DNA of 64,000 nt from Lama guanicoe. Its lineage: Eukaryota. The notes beneath the pieces are model-generated. The model did no database searches, was not told the DNA's origin, and saw nothing but the letters and a program-made list of their open reading frames with translations. Where the stretch lies: NCBI GenBank assembly GCA_013239625.1, contig MU054323.1:10819186-10883185 (forward strand), given 5' to 3'. Positions 38,525-52,045 of the stretch are shown piece after piece; position 1 is the stretch's first letter, and each line of letters opens with the position of its first letter. The position numbers and the translations under genes are program-made.

Positions 38525-40470
38525 GACTCCCAGCCATGATGCAGTACCCAACAAGCACTGGATTAGCCTTCTGTCATAAACATCTGTAATAATGGACAAA
38601 ATATATGGAAAAAACTGTTCTTATTGGATAATCAGTAGCATAGGATTATAATCCTTGAGACAGGGAAAATAAATGCAGTAGGCCTTCTCACTGTCCTAAT
38701 TTTCTGCCTGGAGGCATCTTCCACACCCTGATACAGTAAGGAGGTACCCAAGTAGAGCATGATGGTCTCCTGGGTTTCACATAATAGACAGTAGAGTTTG
38801 GGAAGGCTGACACAGCTTTAATTACCAGGGGGAAAACCAGAGAAAGGACATCTAGAGAGAGAGAAAGAAAGAAAACACTCCATAAAACTACACAGGCATC
38901 TCCTTGAGTCTCTAGCTGAATATTAAGTTGTATGTTCATAGAATGATATTCCATAAGTCTGGGCAAAGAAAAGCTATCAGGAGAAGAACATCTATGAGAG
39001 AACTGTAAGCTAAACAAGCTCACACAGAGTTGGGGAAATGCTTAAGTGTTTGATAACCACAGTGGAGAACCTCACTGAACACTTGAGGCATTCAATGGAG
39101 ACCCCAGAAAGGCCAAATTTTAAGATGAGGCTTAAACTAACCATAGAATAAAGGCTCCTCTAAACTCCTTTAACAAAGTTTAACAATAATCCTTGAAAGT
39201 ACCAAGTTGATGGGCAAGCAAATTAACTGGCTGGCAAACAATATTCAACAGTCTTCAAAAGAAGACAACAAAATCCATATACTCAATAATGTAATATTTA
39301 TAATATGTAATAATCAATTAAAAATTACTAGGTATAAAGAAGCAGGAAAATGCAACATTTAACCAAGAGAAAAACTGATCAAAGAAACAGACACAGAAAT
39401 GACAGAAATAATTTAACTAGCAGAAAGAAATTTTTTTAAATTATAATAGTCAATGTTTATTGAGTGCTTATTATGTTCAAGGCACTATTGTTCTAACAGC
39501 ATTATGTTTTATTATCTAATTAATTCTCACAATAGCCTTCCAAGAGAAGTAATCTCTTTGTACCATTTTGAGGAAACTAAAGCACAAAAATGTTAAATAA
39601 CTTGCCTATAACAACCCAGCTTCTAAGAATTAAGGCTAAGATCCGAACCCAGGCAATCTGATTCTAATGGCTGTGCTCTTTCCCATTGTACCAGAATGCC
39701 TCAGAAAGAACTTTAAAACAGCTATTACAAAATATGTTCAAGGACTTTTAAAAAATGATAAATATAACAAGGAAAGAAACATAAATGGAAATAGAAATTC
39801 TGGATCTGAAAAAAATGTAATATCTAACCTGAAAATGTATTTGATGGGCTGGTTTATCAGCAGATAAGACATTGCAGTAAAAAACAGAATGAACTTTAAG
39901 ACAAACAGTAAAATCTAACCAGACAGAAGTATAGAGAGAAAGAGGGTTCACAAAAAAAGTGAACAGATCCTTAATGAATCATGGGAACAGATTCATTGTC
40001 TAACATAATTATAATTAGATTATTAGGAAGAGGGAGCAGAAAAAAATTGAAAAATTTCTAAACATGATGGAAAAACATAAACCTACAAAACCAAAGGTCT
40101 CTCAAAAAGCTCCAAGCAAGAAAAACACAAAGAAAACCACAAGACACATCACAATTAAACTGCTGAAATCCCATAATAAACACAAACTCCTAAAGCAGCC
40201 ATGGGATGGGGGGAGGGAGACATAAGGGGAAATACAGATAAAATTCCTCTGAATTCTGATCAGAAACAGTGCAAACCATGCAACAATACAACAACATTAA
40301 AGTGCTATAAACCTAGAAGTGTATCTAGTGAGAATCTTTAAAATAAAAGCAAAAAAAGCAAAAAAAAAAGCAAACAGAATCTAAGCAAATTTAAATACAG
40401 AAGAATGGCATAACATTAAATATTAATGGCTGAAAGAAAAACATTGCAAATGGAAACTGATTCAAAAAGG
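38525..40470 (+). mobile_element. Ancient L1 5' UTR/ORF1 remnant (L1M4/L1ME-like)
   Basis: A-rich ORF1-like segments (GAAACAGACACAGAAATGACAGAAAT, AGACACATCACAATTAAACTGCTGAAA). Highly degenerate. Confidence 0.65.
39436..39701 (-). mobile_element. Near full-length MIR nested in the ancient L1
   Basis: ATGTTTATTGAGTGCTTATTATG...GAGGAAACTAAAGCAC...TTAAATAACTTGCC...CGAACCCAGGCAATCTGATTC. Flanked by CAGAAAGAA(A/C)TTT at 39421-39433 and 39702-39714. Confidence 0.85.
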
Positions 40471-42989
40471 AACAAGGAACTTCCAACATAGCAAGGTGGA
40501 GTAAGCCCACTAAATTCTATTTATCCTGCTGCTTACAACCAAAAACTCTGGACAAAGTATAAAAACAACCATCAAGGAACTCTCAAAAGTAAATAAAACC
40601 AGAAATACTGAGGAAGAATGTCAAACTTGGGAAAGTAACCCAAAAGGAGGTGAGTTTTCTGTTTTTACCTCTTTTCTCTTTCATCCATAAGCCAAATGCA
40701 GGCACCCAGCAAAGCTGAGGTGATGGTGCTAAAATTCCCCCAAGAAATTCTTTCTATCTGACCAAAAGGCCAGGAAAAGGGCCTTGTGACCCAGAGAGTA
40801 TGGAAGGAAATCTCCATTTTTTTGTTTACTATTCTCTTTTTCTTACCATATTATAAGCACTCAGGACAGTTAGCATGGCTGGTGACGTCAGCAGCCAAAA
40901 CTGTAACAGAAACCCTGTAAAAACGACATCTTTCAGGCCAGAGGACTGGGAAAAAGGGCCACTTTAGGCCAAAGAGTGTGGAGGGAATGAATCCCTGTTT
41001 TGTTTCTCTTTATTCTCTCTCTGTTTTGCCTGAAGGCAACTCTAGTTGCAAGAGCTGTGCCACAGTGGTACAAGTAGGTAAAACTGAGTTTAAAGAAAAT
41101 CCCAAAGAGAAAAGAGCTGGAGAAGGAAATATGCCAAATTTATGAAGAAATTAGCCCAGGGTTCCAGTTCACCTGTGAGCAGCACATGTGTGGACAGACT
41201 CAGAGCAACATAACAAAGGCTTAAAGAACAAAACTAAGGTTTAAACCACATTCAAGTCTCAGACCAAACAGCATAATGTTCAAAACTTCCAGGATGCAAT
41301 CTAAATATATAAAGCAAAGCAACAAAAAAGTGACCAGTTTGTAAGAGAAAGATAACCAACAGATGGCAATAACAAGATAATCAGATGTTGAAATCATCAA
41401 GGACTTTTTAAAATGAAGCTGTTATTATGTTCCCATCAGATAAAAGTAAGCATTCTGGAAAAATAGATGGAAAGGTGGTCCTCATCACTAGGTAAATAGA
41501 AGTTATTTTGTAATGAAAATTTAAATTGAAAAATATATCTAAAATAAAAATTATAGCAAAATGGAGATAAGCGAAGAGTGAAGATTCAGTAAACTTGAGG
41601 ACAGATCATAGAAACTGTCCAATCTACAGAACTGAAAGGAAAAATTTTAAAAAAAATCAGCAGAGCCTCAAGAGTATGTAAGACAATAACAACAGGTCCA
41701 ACAGTTGTGCAATTTGAGTACCAGAGGGGAGGAGAAAGATACTGGTTCAGGGTGGAGGATGGGGAATAATGGCTGGAAACTCCTTAAATATCATGAAAGA
41801 CATAAACTTACAGATTAAGAATCTCAACAAACTGAAAACAGGATAAAGTCAAATAACATTTCATACACAGACTCATCATAATCAAACTTCTGAAAACCAA
41901 AGACAAAGAAAATATCTTGAAAATAGCTATCCATAGGAAAGAACAATTTAATGACAGAATGTTCATCAGAAACTGTGAAGGACACAGGAATAACATTCTT
42001 AAAGAGCAAAAAGAAAAGAACTGTCAATCCAGACTTTTGCAGCCAGCAAAATATTCTTCATAAATGAAGGTAAAATAAGGACATCCTCAGATAAGGAAAA
42101 AACTAAGAGAATTTGTTACCAGAAGGCCTATTCTAAAAGAAATGAAAAGGGAATTCTTTAGATTGATAGCAAATAATAAAATAGGGAAAAAAGCAAGAGA
42201 TGGTACATATCTGAGTAAATATAAAGGACTAGTTTTATCCTCTTAAGTTATTTAAAATATGAATAACTGCCAAAAGAAAAATTACAGATACTGTCTAGCA
42301 GGATTTTAAATTATGTAGGTATAACCCATATGACAACTATAACATTAAGGGATAGGGTAAAGGAAACTATATAGTTGTAAGCCTTCTATATTTTACTTGA
42401 AGTAGCAAAATGTCAACTCAAAGTAAAATTGCAAAAGTCTCTCTCTTTCCCTCTCTTTCTCTCCTCTCTCTTGACATATACAAAATCCCAAGAGCAAACA
42501 CTAAAATATCAATACAGAGATGTAGCCAAAAAAATAGAAAATTAAAACAAATACTAAAATATATTCAAGTAACTCAAAAGATGTTAGGAAAGGGACAAGA
42601 CCAAAATTCAGAGAGAAAAAATGATAATAATAGTAGTAGTAGTAATAAAAATAATATAATAGACCTAAATCTAACCATATTGATTATAATATTAAATATA
42701 AGTGGCTTAGCACACCAAATAAAAGACAGACATTGTGACACTGAATTTTAAAAAAAACACATAAAAGCCAACCATATATTTTCTTCAAGAAATCCACTTT
42801 AAATAAATACTTAGATTAAAAGTAAAAGAACAAAACAGATACACCACACAAACACTAATCAAAAGAAAGTTGGAATGGCTATATTAGTATCAATCAAAGT
42901 AAACTTCAAAATATGAACATCGCCAGAGATAAAAAGAGATATTATATAATAATAAAAGAGTCAAATTATCAAGAAGACATAATCCTAAA

Positions 42990-43158
42990 AAGAAATTTCT
43001 TCTGCATAGAACAAGGAGCCATATTCACTATCTTACAGTAACCTTTAATGAAAAAGAATATGAAAATGAATGTATGTATGTATATGTATGACTGAAACAT
43101 TATGCTATACACCAGAAACTGACACACTATAACTGACTGTACTTCAATTTTTTAAAAA
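42990..43158 (+). mobile_element. Lineage-specific L1 3' UTR fragment nested in the old L1, with 19-bp TSD
   Basis: Matches ~13125-13290. TSD AAGAAGACATAATCCTAAA at 42971-42989 and AAGAATACATAATCCTAAA at 43159-43177. Confidence 0.9.
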
Positions 43159-44611
43159 AAGAATACATAATCCTAAATGTGTATAGGCATCTAATAAACC
43201 TTCAAAATAGAGAAGCAAAACAATAGAATTCAAAGGAGAAAGAGGCAAAACAAAAAACTGGAGAGCTCAGCATTCCTCTACTGGCAATACACAGAATGGA
43301 CAGAACAACCAGCAAGGATATAAAAGACCTGAACAACACTATTAACCAAATTGACTTAATTGACATTGATTGAACATTCCACCCAACAACAACAAAAAAC
43401 ATGTTCTTTTCAAGTATACATGGAACATTCAGCAAGACAGGGGCCATAAAGCAAATCTTAACAAATTTTAAATAACTGAAATCAAACCAAGTATGTTTTC
43501 AGACCATATGAGAATTAAACTAGAAATCAATAAGAGAAAAATATCTGGAAAATTGCCCAAGTATTCAGAAATTAAACATACTTATATATACCTTTGGTCG
43601 AAGAGAAAGCCAAAAGGAAAATTATAAAATATTTGTAACTGAATATAAATAAAATTTCATTACAACATAATGATATTTGTACGATGCAGCTAAAGCAATT
43701 ATTGAGGAAATTTTAGCATTACATGATTATAGTAGAAAAAGAAGAAACATTTCAAATCAATGATCTAAGCTCTCACCTTAAAAAATTAGAAACAAGAGGA
43801 GCAAATTAAACCCAAGGCAAAGAAAATGAAGGAAAGACAATAAAATAAGAGCAAAAATCAGTGAGATTTAAAGAAAAATAATGGAAGAAATCAATATCAC
43901 AAAAAGATATCACAAAAATATCAATAAACTTGGTAAGCTGGTCATTCTCTAGCCAGAATGACAACAAAGAAAAGAGAGCTGATGCAAATTACCAGCATCA
44001 AGTATAAAAGAAATGATATCACTAGTGACCCTACAGACATAAAAAAAGAATAAGAAAATACTATGAACAATTTTACTTGTATTAATTCAACAACTTAGAT
44101 GAAATGAATCAACTTCTTGAAGATTACAAACTGCTAAAGTTCACTCAAAATAAATATATAAGCTGAAAAAATCCCGTAATTATTATTGAATAAATATAGT
44201 TAGTAACTATAAAAATCCCAGCAAAGACTACACCAGGCCAAGATGGCTTCAGTAGAAAATTCTACTAAACAAAACTTCAAGAAAGAAAAAATTGTAATTC
44301 TTTTACAGGAAAAATAGAAGAGGGAGCACTTCCCAACACATTTCATAAGCACAGCATTACCTAGACCCTAAAGCCTGTCAAAGACAAGAAAACTATAGAC
44401 CAGTAATCTTCAAGAATATACATGCAGAAATCCTCAACAAGGTATTAATGAGCTGATCCAGCAGTACGTAAAGAGGATAATAAGTCATGATGATGTGGGG
44501 TTTATCCAGCGAATGCAAAGCTAATTCAACATTTGAAAATTAAACACTGTAATTTATCATATTTAAAAAAAAAGATGAAACAGAAAAACTGTATGATCAT
44601 CTCAATAGATG

Positions 44612-44955
44612 CTCATCCTGAGGAAAGCCAAACACCATGTCAAAACGATGTTCCAGCAGCTCTGTGGAGAGGACCACCTGGTGAAGAACTGAGATCTCAC
44701 CAATAGCCAGCATCAGCCAAGTGAGCAAAGCACCTTGTAAGTAAATCCTGCAGCTCTAGTCCAGCTTTAAGATGATTGCAGCTTTGGCCAATATCTGACT
44801 GCAATCTCATGAGAGACTCCACACAAAAATCACCAAGTCAAGCTGTTCCCAAATTTCTATCTTTTATAGAAACTATAAAAGATAATAAATTATTATTATT
44901 ATTTTGAGCCACTAGTTTGGGGGTGATTTCCTATGCAACAATGCATAACTAATAT
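44612..44955 (+). mobile_element. 3' half of a MaLR LTR (MLT1F-like)
   Basis: CTGTGGAGAGGACCACCTGGTGAAGAACTGAG...CTCATGAGAGACTC...GATAATAAAT...TATGCAACAATGCATAACTAATA. Homologous to 3700-3950. Confidence 0.8.
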
Positions 44956-45304
44956 ATAGAAATACAAATTAAAGCCACAATGAGATACTACCACTCACTA
45001 ACAATAATAAGCATTTTCAAGGATGTGAAGTTAGTAGAACTCTCATATATTATTGGTGGGAGTATAAAGTGGTACAATTACCTTGGAAAAACAGTTTTTC
45101 TTCTAATAAAGTTCTTCTAATAAAGTCAAACGTGCATTAACCATACAATCCAACAATTTCATAATGGACTTAAGATAAGTAACAATGTATGCCCATGAAA
45201 TAAATTATACACAAAATGTTCATAGCAGCTTTAGTCATGACAGTCCTGAATTAGAAACAATCTGAACGTCCATCAACAGATGAATGGATAAACAAATTGT
45301 AATA

Positions 45305-45530
45305 TAGTCAATCCTTGAACAATGCACAAGTTAGGGGCACCTACCCTTGCAGTCAAAAATCTGCAAATAATTTATAGTCAAGCCCTCCCAAAATGGGGTT
45401 TAGTTCCCCCAAATCTGCGGTTCTGCATTTGCAGATTCAACCAACTGTAGATTGTGTGGTATTTACTGTTGAAAATATCCACACATTAGTGGGCCCTCAG
45501 TTCAAACCCGTAATGTTCAAGGATCAACTT
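45305..45530. mobile_element. Tigger2-family MITE (MER8-like) with TIRs and TA TSD
   Basis: Left end TAGTCAATCCTTGAACA and right end TGTTCAAGGATCAACTT. TA at 45303-45304 and 45531-45532. Length 226 bp. Confidence 0.85.
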
Positions 45531-46321
45531 TACAGTCATACAATGGGATACTATTCAGCAATTAAAAAGAAACAAACTGTTAATACACACAACAACACAA
45601 AAAAAATCTTAAAAGCATTAGAATTATAAGTGAAAGAAGCCAGACACAAAAGAAATTATAGTGTATGTTTCCATCTATGAGTCTTAAGAACAGACAAAAC
45701 TAATCTATTGTGACAGAAATCAAATCAGATGTTACCTTTCAGACCAAAAATAATTAGTTCTTTCCCTCCTCCTCCCCACTCCCTCCTCCTATTCTCTATC
45801 ACTCTTTTGATCTCTTTTTCCGTATCTATGCACCTCAGTCTCCGAAAGATAATTCCTGCCTTCTATTTTCCTGGGTTACCTCCTCTTACACATTCCTCTC
45901 TCTGTTTCTCCACTTATATCTCTGTCATTCTCAGTTTTGTCTCTCCTTCATGTAAATGTGGTTGTGTTTCTACCCTCCTTTTTCTGTCTCCTTTACACTT
46001 TTTCCCCTCTCCTTTAACCAACCTGAATATAAGACCAAAGAATTTTTAAATTTTTGATTTCTTTATTGAGTATTTTATTTGTTAATTTTAAGAGTGAGTG
46101 CAAGAAGTTATTTGTTTTATTAAAATTATTTTATTTATAAATAAAATTATTCATTAAGACTTATTACATGTAACTTACATAGTCCTTGATTGTTACTTTT
46201 CTCTCTGTGAGTTAATGATCTCACTTCTAACAAGGGCCCCCTTCCCTGCTTTAGGAAGCTTTTGAAGTATCCATTCTGGCCACCAATGGAAAAAATGCAA
46301 TCAAGAACCGGGGAAAAAACA

Positions 46322-46520
46322 AACACTTGTTGAATACCAACTGTGTGTCAGGGCTTAGTACATGCTTTATCTTATTTACTTCTCACAATAACCCTGGGAG
46401 ATAGATATTATTTTTCTCACTTTATAAATAAGAAAACTGAAGTTCAAAGAAGAAAATAAATAGCTTTGGGCCAGTAAATGGCAGGACAGGGCTTCAACCC
46501 CAGATCTTTGACTTATTCTA
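46322..46520 (-). mobile_element. MIR SINE
   Basis: TCTTATTTACTTCTCACAATAACCCTGGGAGATAG...AGAAAACTGAAGTTCA...TTCAACCCCAGATCT. Confidence 0.75.
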
Positions 46521-46610
46521 CCTATTATTTGGAATAGTCTCTTACTCTTTTCATTTCCCACAAGTCCAATTCCTTGATAGGAAAATGTATAAATAAATAG
46601 TGTTACATTA

Positions 46611-49190
46611 CACAGATACAAAAATCCTCAACAATATATTAGCAAACAGAATCCAACAGCACATAAAAAAGATCATGCACCATGATCAAGCTGGATTCAT
46701 CCCAGGGACACAAGGATGATTGAACATACACAAATCAATGTGATACACCATATCAACAAAAGAAAAGACAAAAATCACATGACAATCTCAATAGATGAAA
46801 AAAAAAGCATCTGACAAAATTCAACACCCATTTATGATAAAAACTCTCACTAAAGTGGGTATAGAGGGAACACATCTTAACATAATAAAAGCTATTATTT
46901 ATGACAAACCCATGGCCAGCATAATACCCAACAGTGAAAAACTGAAAGCCTTCCCACTAAAACCTGGAACAAGACAAGGATACTCACTCTCACCATTTCT
47001 ATTCAACATAGCCTTGGAAGTCCTAACCACAGCCATCAGGCAAGAAAAAGAAATAAAAGGGATCCAAATTGTAAGAGAAGAGGTAAAATTGTCACTATAT
47101 GGGGATGACATGATACTATATATAGAAAACCCTAAAAGTGCCACACAAAAACTACTAGCGCTGATAAAAGAATTCAGAAAGGTAGCAGGATACAAGATTA
47201 ACATACAGAAATCAATACTGCTCAGTTAGCTTAATATTGCTAATTATCAGAGACACGTAAATCAAAACTACAATGAGGTATCATCTCACACCAGTCAGAA
47301 TGCCCATCATTCAAAAGTGCATTTCTTTACACTAACAATGAAATAGCAGGAAAATAAAGTAAAGAAACAATCCTCTTTAAAATCTCATCCAAAACAATAA
47401 AATACTTAGGAATAAATCTGACCAAGGAGGTGAAAGACTTAGACATGGAGAACTACAAAACATTGATTAAGGAAATTAAAGATGACCTAAAGAAATGGGA
47501 AGATATCCCATGCTCTTGGATTGGAAGAATCAATTATTGTTAAAATGGCCATATTGCCCAAGGCAATCTACAGATTTAATGAGATCCCTATCAAATTACC
47601 CAGGACATTTTTCACAAAACTAGAACAATCCTAAAATTTATGCAGAATCACAAAAGACCTAGAATTGCCAAAGCAATTTTGAAGAAAAAGAAGAAAGCTG
47701 GAGGAATAACCCTCTCAGACTTCAGACAATACTCCAGAGCTACAGTTAGTAATCAAAACAGTGTGGTATTGGCACAAAAACAGACATATGGCTCAATGGA
47801 ACAGAACAGAGAGCCCAGAAATAAACCCACAGATCTACAGTCAATTAATCTTCAATAAAGGAGGCAAGAATGCACAATGATAAAAAGACAGTCTCTTCAG
47901 CAAGTGGTATTGGGAAAACTGGATAGCAGCATGTAATTCAATGAAGTTAGAACACTCCCTCACACCATACACAAAAATAAACTCAAAATGGCTTAAAGAC
48001 TTAAATATAAGACAAGATACGATAAACCCCCTAGAAGAGAACATAGGTAAAACATTCTCTGACATAAATCTTAGCAATGTTCTCCTAGGGCAGCCAAACC
48101 AGGCAATAGAAATAAACGCAAAAATTAACAAATGGGGCCTAATTAAATTTATAAGCTTTTGCACAGCAAGGGAAACCATAAGCAAAACAAAACAACAATC
48201 TATGGAATAGGAGAAAATATTTGTAAATAATGTGACCAACAAAAGCTTAATTTCCAGAATACATAAAGAGCTCATACAACTTAATAAAAAAAAAACCCAA
48301 TCCAAAAATGGGCAGAAGACCTAAACAAGCAATTCTCCAATGAAGATACACAAATGGCCAATAGGCACATGAAAAAATACTCAATATTGCTAATTATCAG
48401 AGACATGTAAATGAAAACTACAGTGAGGTATCATCTCACCAGTCAGAATAGCCATCATTTGAAAGTCCACAAACAGTAACTGCTGGAGAGGGTGTGGAGA
48501 AAAGGGAACCCTCCTACACTGTTGGTGGGAATGTATTTTGGTGCAGCCATTATGGAAAACAGTATGGAGATTCCTCAAAAAAAAAAAAAGACCATATGAT
48601 CCAGCAACCCCACTCCTGAGCATATATCTGTAGGGAACTCTAATTCGAAAAGATACATGCACCCCAATGTTCACAGCACCACTATATACAATTGCCAAGA
48701 CATGGAAACAACCTAAATGTCCATCGACAGATGACTGGATAAAGAAGTTGTGGTATATTTATACAATGGAATACTACTCAGTAATAAAAATATATATATA
48801 AAATAACGCCATTTGCAGCAACATGGAAGGACCTGGAGATTGTCATTCTAAGTAAGTAAGAAAGAAAAAGAAAAATACCATATGATATCACTCATATGTG
48901 GAATCTAAAAGAAAAAAAGAAAAAGAGGACACTAATGAACTCATCTACAAAACAGAAACAGACTCACAGACATAGTAAACAATTTTATGGTTACTTGGGG
49001 GAAGGGGTATAGGAAGGGATTTATTTGGGAGTTTGAGATTTGCAAAGGTTAACCATTATATATAAAATATATGAAAAACAAATTTCTTCTGTATAGCACA
49101 GGGAACTGTGTGCAATACCTTGAAATAACCTGTAATGAAAAAGAATATGAAAACAAATATATGTGTGTGTATATATATACATGCAGAAAA
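46611..49190 (+). mobile_element. 5'-truncated lineage-specific L1 (RT to 3' UTR)
   Basis: RT peptide [20 protein letters not shown]...[12 protein letters not shown] (degenerate YADD), C-terminal motifs and 3' UTR. The 3' end is shortened. Confidence 0.95.
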
Positions 49191-49199
49191 ATTGGTATT

Positions 49200-49590
49200 A
49201 TATTAATATAAAGGAATACAACACAGCAATTTAAGAAAAAGAAAGCAAGCTGGTACACACAATGACATTGATGAGTCCCACAGAAATCATGTTGAATAAA
49301 AGAAGCCAGATACAAAATAGTATATGTGATATGATTCCATCTACATGAAGTTCAAAAATAGGCAAAACTAACTGATAATATGGAAATTAGAAGGATGGTT
49401 ATCTTTGGTGGGGGGTAGACTCAGACTGGCAAAAGATAGGAGGGAACTTTCTGGGGATGCTGTAAACATCTTGCATCTTCATCTGGGTGGTGATTACATG
49501 GATGTTGTATGTGTGAATTATCATCAAGCAGTACACAAGATCAATGCACTCAATCCACTTTACTGAATTTGTCATCCTTCAATTTAAAAA
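49200..49590 (+). mobile_element. Ancient L1 3' UTR (L1ME-like), probably the target of the younger L1
   Basis: AGAAGCCAGATACAAAATAGTATATG...TGATTCCATCTACATGAAGTTCAAAAATAGGCAAAACTAA...ATCTGGGTGGTGATTACATGG. A matching upstream piece lies at ~46575-46610. Confidence 0.75.
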
Positions 49591-51717
49591 CAAATAATTT
49601 TCTGATGTTAAAATTCAGGTGCCTCTGTTCCACTACCAGAGATTCACTTTCAGAGAAGTCTGGAATTAGGCAAATTGATTTCAATGAAAGAACTTCATTT
49701 TTAGGAACCTTGGGGAGGAGCTACACAACTCCTTTTCAGTATTGCTGGGCTGTTACTGAACTTCAGGCCTGCCTCAAAGTCTGAAACCTTGTACTGCTGT
49801 TTGTAATGCCAAGGGTTGGCTGAAACCATGGATGGATAAAGCAGAACTTCAGTACCTTTTTGATATTGTGTATTCATTCTTCTACTGCCTTATATATTTA
49901 TTTCTGAATAATCCACGCTGGAGCCTTCCACACGGGTTATCTCATACAATGCTCATAATGACTCCATGAGACAGTCAAGACAAGATCTGTATTATCTCCT
50001 TTAGGAACAAAAACCCATAGGCTCAGGAAGCTTAAGGGAGTTGCCCAAGCTTTCAAAGCTAATAAAGGGGAAATATTGTAACAGAATCTAGGCCTTCTAG
50101 CTCCTAATCTATAACCATCCTCACAAACACTCATCTTCAACACTCATGTTCACCAAAGAATATTTATCCTAATTATCTTGGCTGAGAATGTAGAAAGAAT
50201 CTATAAAGGAGTTCTGCCTGTGCCACCCTCATAAACCCATACTCCAATAAAAACTGAATAAAACACAAATAAGGGTAAAAAAAAAAAAAACACAGCCAAT
50301 GGTTTAAATTTTCCTTCTGATTTCCTTTGGCTAGTTGCCTGATTTCCTTTAAGCTTGCTTAGATTTCCTTTATTTTCATACTTTATTTTAATACTTTCCC
50401 TTACTCCTGGGAATTCTTCCTGCCTACCTCTTCATGTACCTGTTATTACTTAGCTAGAAGAGGATGATTCAAGGAACAAAGACTCTTAATTAAGCACGTG
50501 GTTAGGTGTATCTGCCCCAAGAGAGCTCTCCTTCTGCCCTGACCTGGGACCTCCCACTTTCTGTAATTCCTATGTTATATCACCAAGTGAATCTGATTGA
50601 ATCTCCCTGGGAAAGGACCCAAGCTCAGAAGAGCCCAGCTGGAAAATTCATCACAAGATTTACTAAAGAAAAAAAGTTGTTCTAAGAAACCTGGCTCACC
50701 CAAAAAGGTACTAGGATGCCTCCCACCCACTGACTACTTCACCACCAGGCCGACACTCACTTTTAACTGTTCCTAACTCACACTGTGATTGAGTAGAAGA
50801 GCTTAGGTCTTCACTAGGTTAAGAAACAGTGGCCACACCACAGAAGACATCCATAGGGCTCCTTGCTAGCTCTATTCATAGCTCTTTCCACATGACCTCT
50901 GGGCCTATAACCATCCTCACCAACACTTATCTTCATCTACTCCCAAGCAGAGATGATGTCCATGTGCTTCTTTTGGAGGCAGTGGCTCAGCTATGGCTCA
51001 TTAAAAAAAATCACCTACAAAATGCAGTGTGGATGCTTAACAGCTTCTTTTAGATTGAGGAACCTTCTTAAGACAGCCTTCCATTCAAGTCCCTGAGCTA
51101 TGTGTCTCCACAGAATCTCAAAATTTTAATTGCTTTTCATGGGTTCATGTCCATTAACCAGGTACTTTCCATCCCTCACTTGACAATTAATTGTGAGGCT
51201 AGAAATGTACAGGAAGGGCACAGCTCCAGCTACTTACACAGCTACTTACAATAAAAGATTTATCAGAGGTCAGTGGTCCAGCATGTCTCTGGACATAGTG
51301 GGACCTGACTGCACAGATCACACTCAGCTAGGGAAGATCCACCAACTGAAAACTACTCTTTTAATGTCTCTTTTTCTTCCTCAGTATTAGTTTTCATACT
51401 TTCATAAAGTTAAGGCTTTGTTTCTTGGTTTCTTCTTTTCTTCTATAGCAAAGTAGAATTGGATTATAAATAAGCTGTTTGAATCTTTGGACTGAATCGA
51501 AGGTCAAAAGACCTATAAGAGAATGCTAGTTGATTGGAATAAAATAAATACCACACCTTAATCCTTCTCAACCACAGTTCTGGGAAAGACAGGCTTTCCA
51601 CGATGGGATAATAGAAACTACCACCCTGGTCACTCTGCATTTTTACCGAATCTCATCTCTCAGCTCTCGGGAGTTAGAAGTTAGCTGTATGGGAAACCCA
51701 CAGTATCACAACTGCTG

Positions 51718-51838
51718 CCAGGGTTGTCATGTATTGCCACACATGAAGATTGTACAACTCCATGTAGCACCATTCAAATAAACTAAAATATATATGGAAC
51801 ACTTGGAATTGCAGAGTACACAACCTGCACAACCAGAT
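51718..51838. mobile_element. MER91-like hAT-Tip100 MITE
   Basis: CAGGGTTGTCATG...TTGTACAACTCCA...GCACCATTCA...TACACAACCTGCACAACC. Confidence 0.55.
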
Positions 51839-51874
51839 GCTGAAGTGTTGCTGTTTCTAGGAAAACTTATAATT

Positions 51875-52045
51875 ATTCATATTGACAGAGCAGTTTATGA
51901 TGTGTCAGGCATTAGGTTAAGGATTTACATGCATCATCTAATTTAATATTCATGATAACATCTTGAGACAGGAACTATAACTATACCCATTTTTCCAATG
52001 ATGAAACTGGGCCTTAAAGATTTTAAGAAACGCTTCCAGGTCATG
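51875..52045 (-). mobile_element. MIR SINE
   Basis: TGTGTCAGGCATT...TTTACATGCATCATCTAATTTAATATTCATGA...CCCATTTTTCCAATGATGAAACTG. Confidence 0.75.

Larger units (their letters stand above)
40478..45730 (+). mobile_element. Old L1 (L1MC/L1MD-like): 5' UTR, ORF1, ORF2 endonuclease to early RT, then a gap, then the C-terminus and part of the 3' UTR
   Basis: ORF1-like AAACTTCTGAAAACCAAAGACAAAGAAAATATCTTGAAA; endonuclease-like CATGGAACATTCAGCAAGACAG; GATCATCTCAATAGATGC at ~44610; resumes at ~44958 with AAATACAAATTAAAGCCACAATGAGATAC. Confidence 0.8.

Noticed and set aside
46795..47229. Reverse-transcriptase ORF as a possible active or domesticated gene
   Set aside because: A fragment of a 5'-truncated L1 with YGDD in place of YADD, with frameshifts and stops on both sides.
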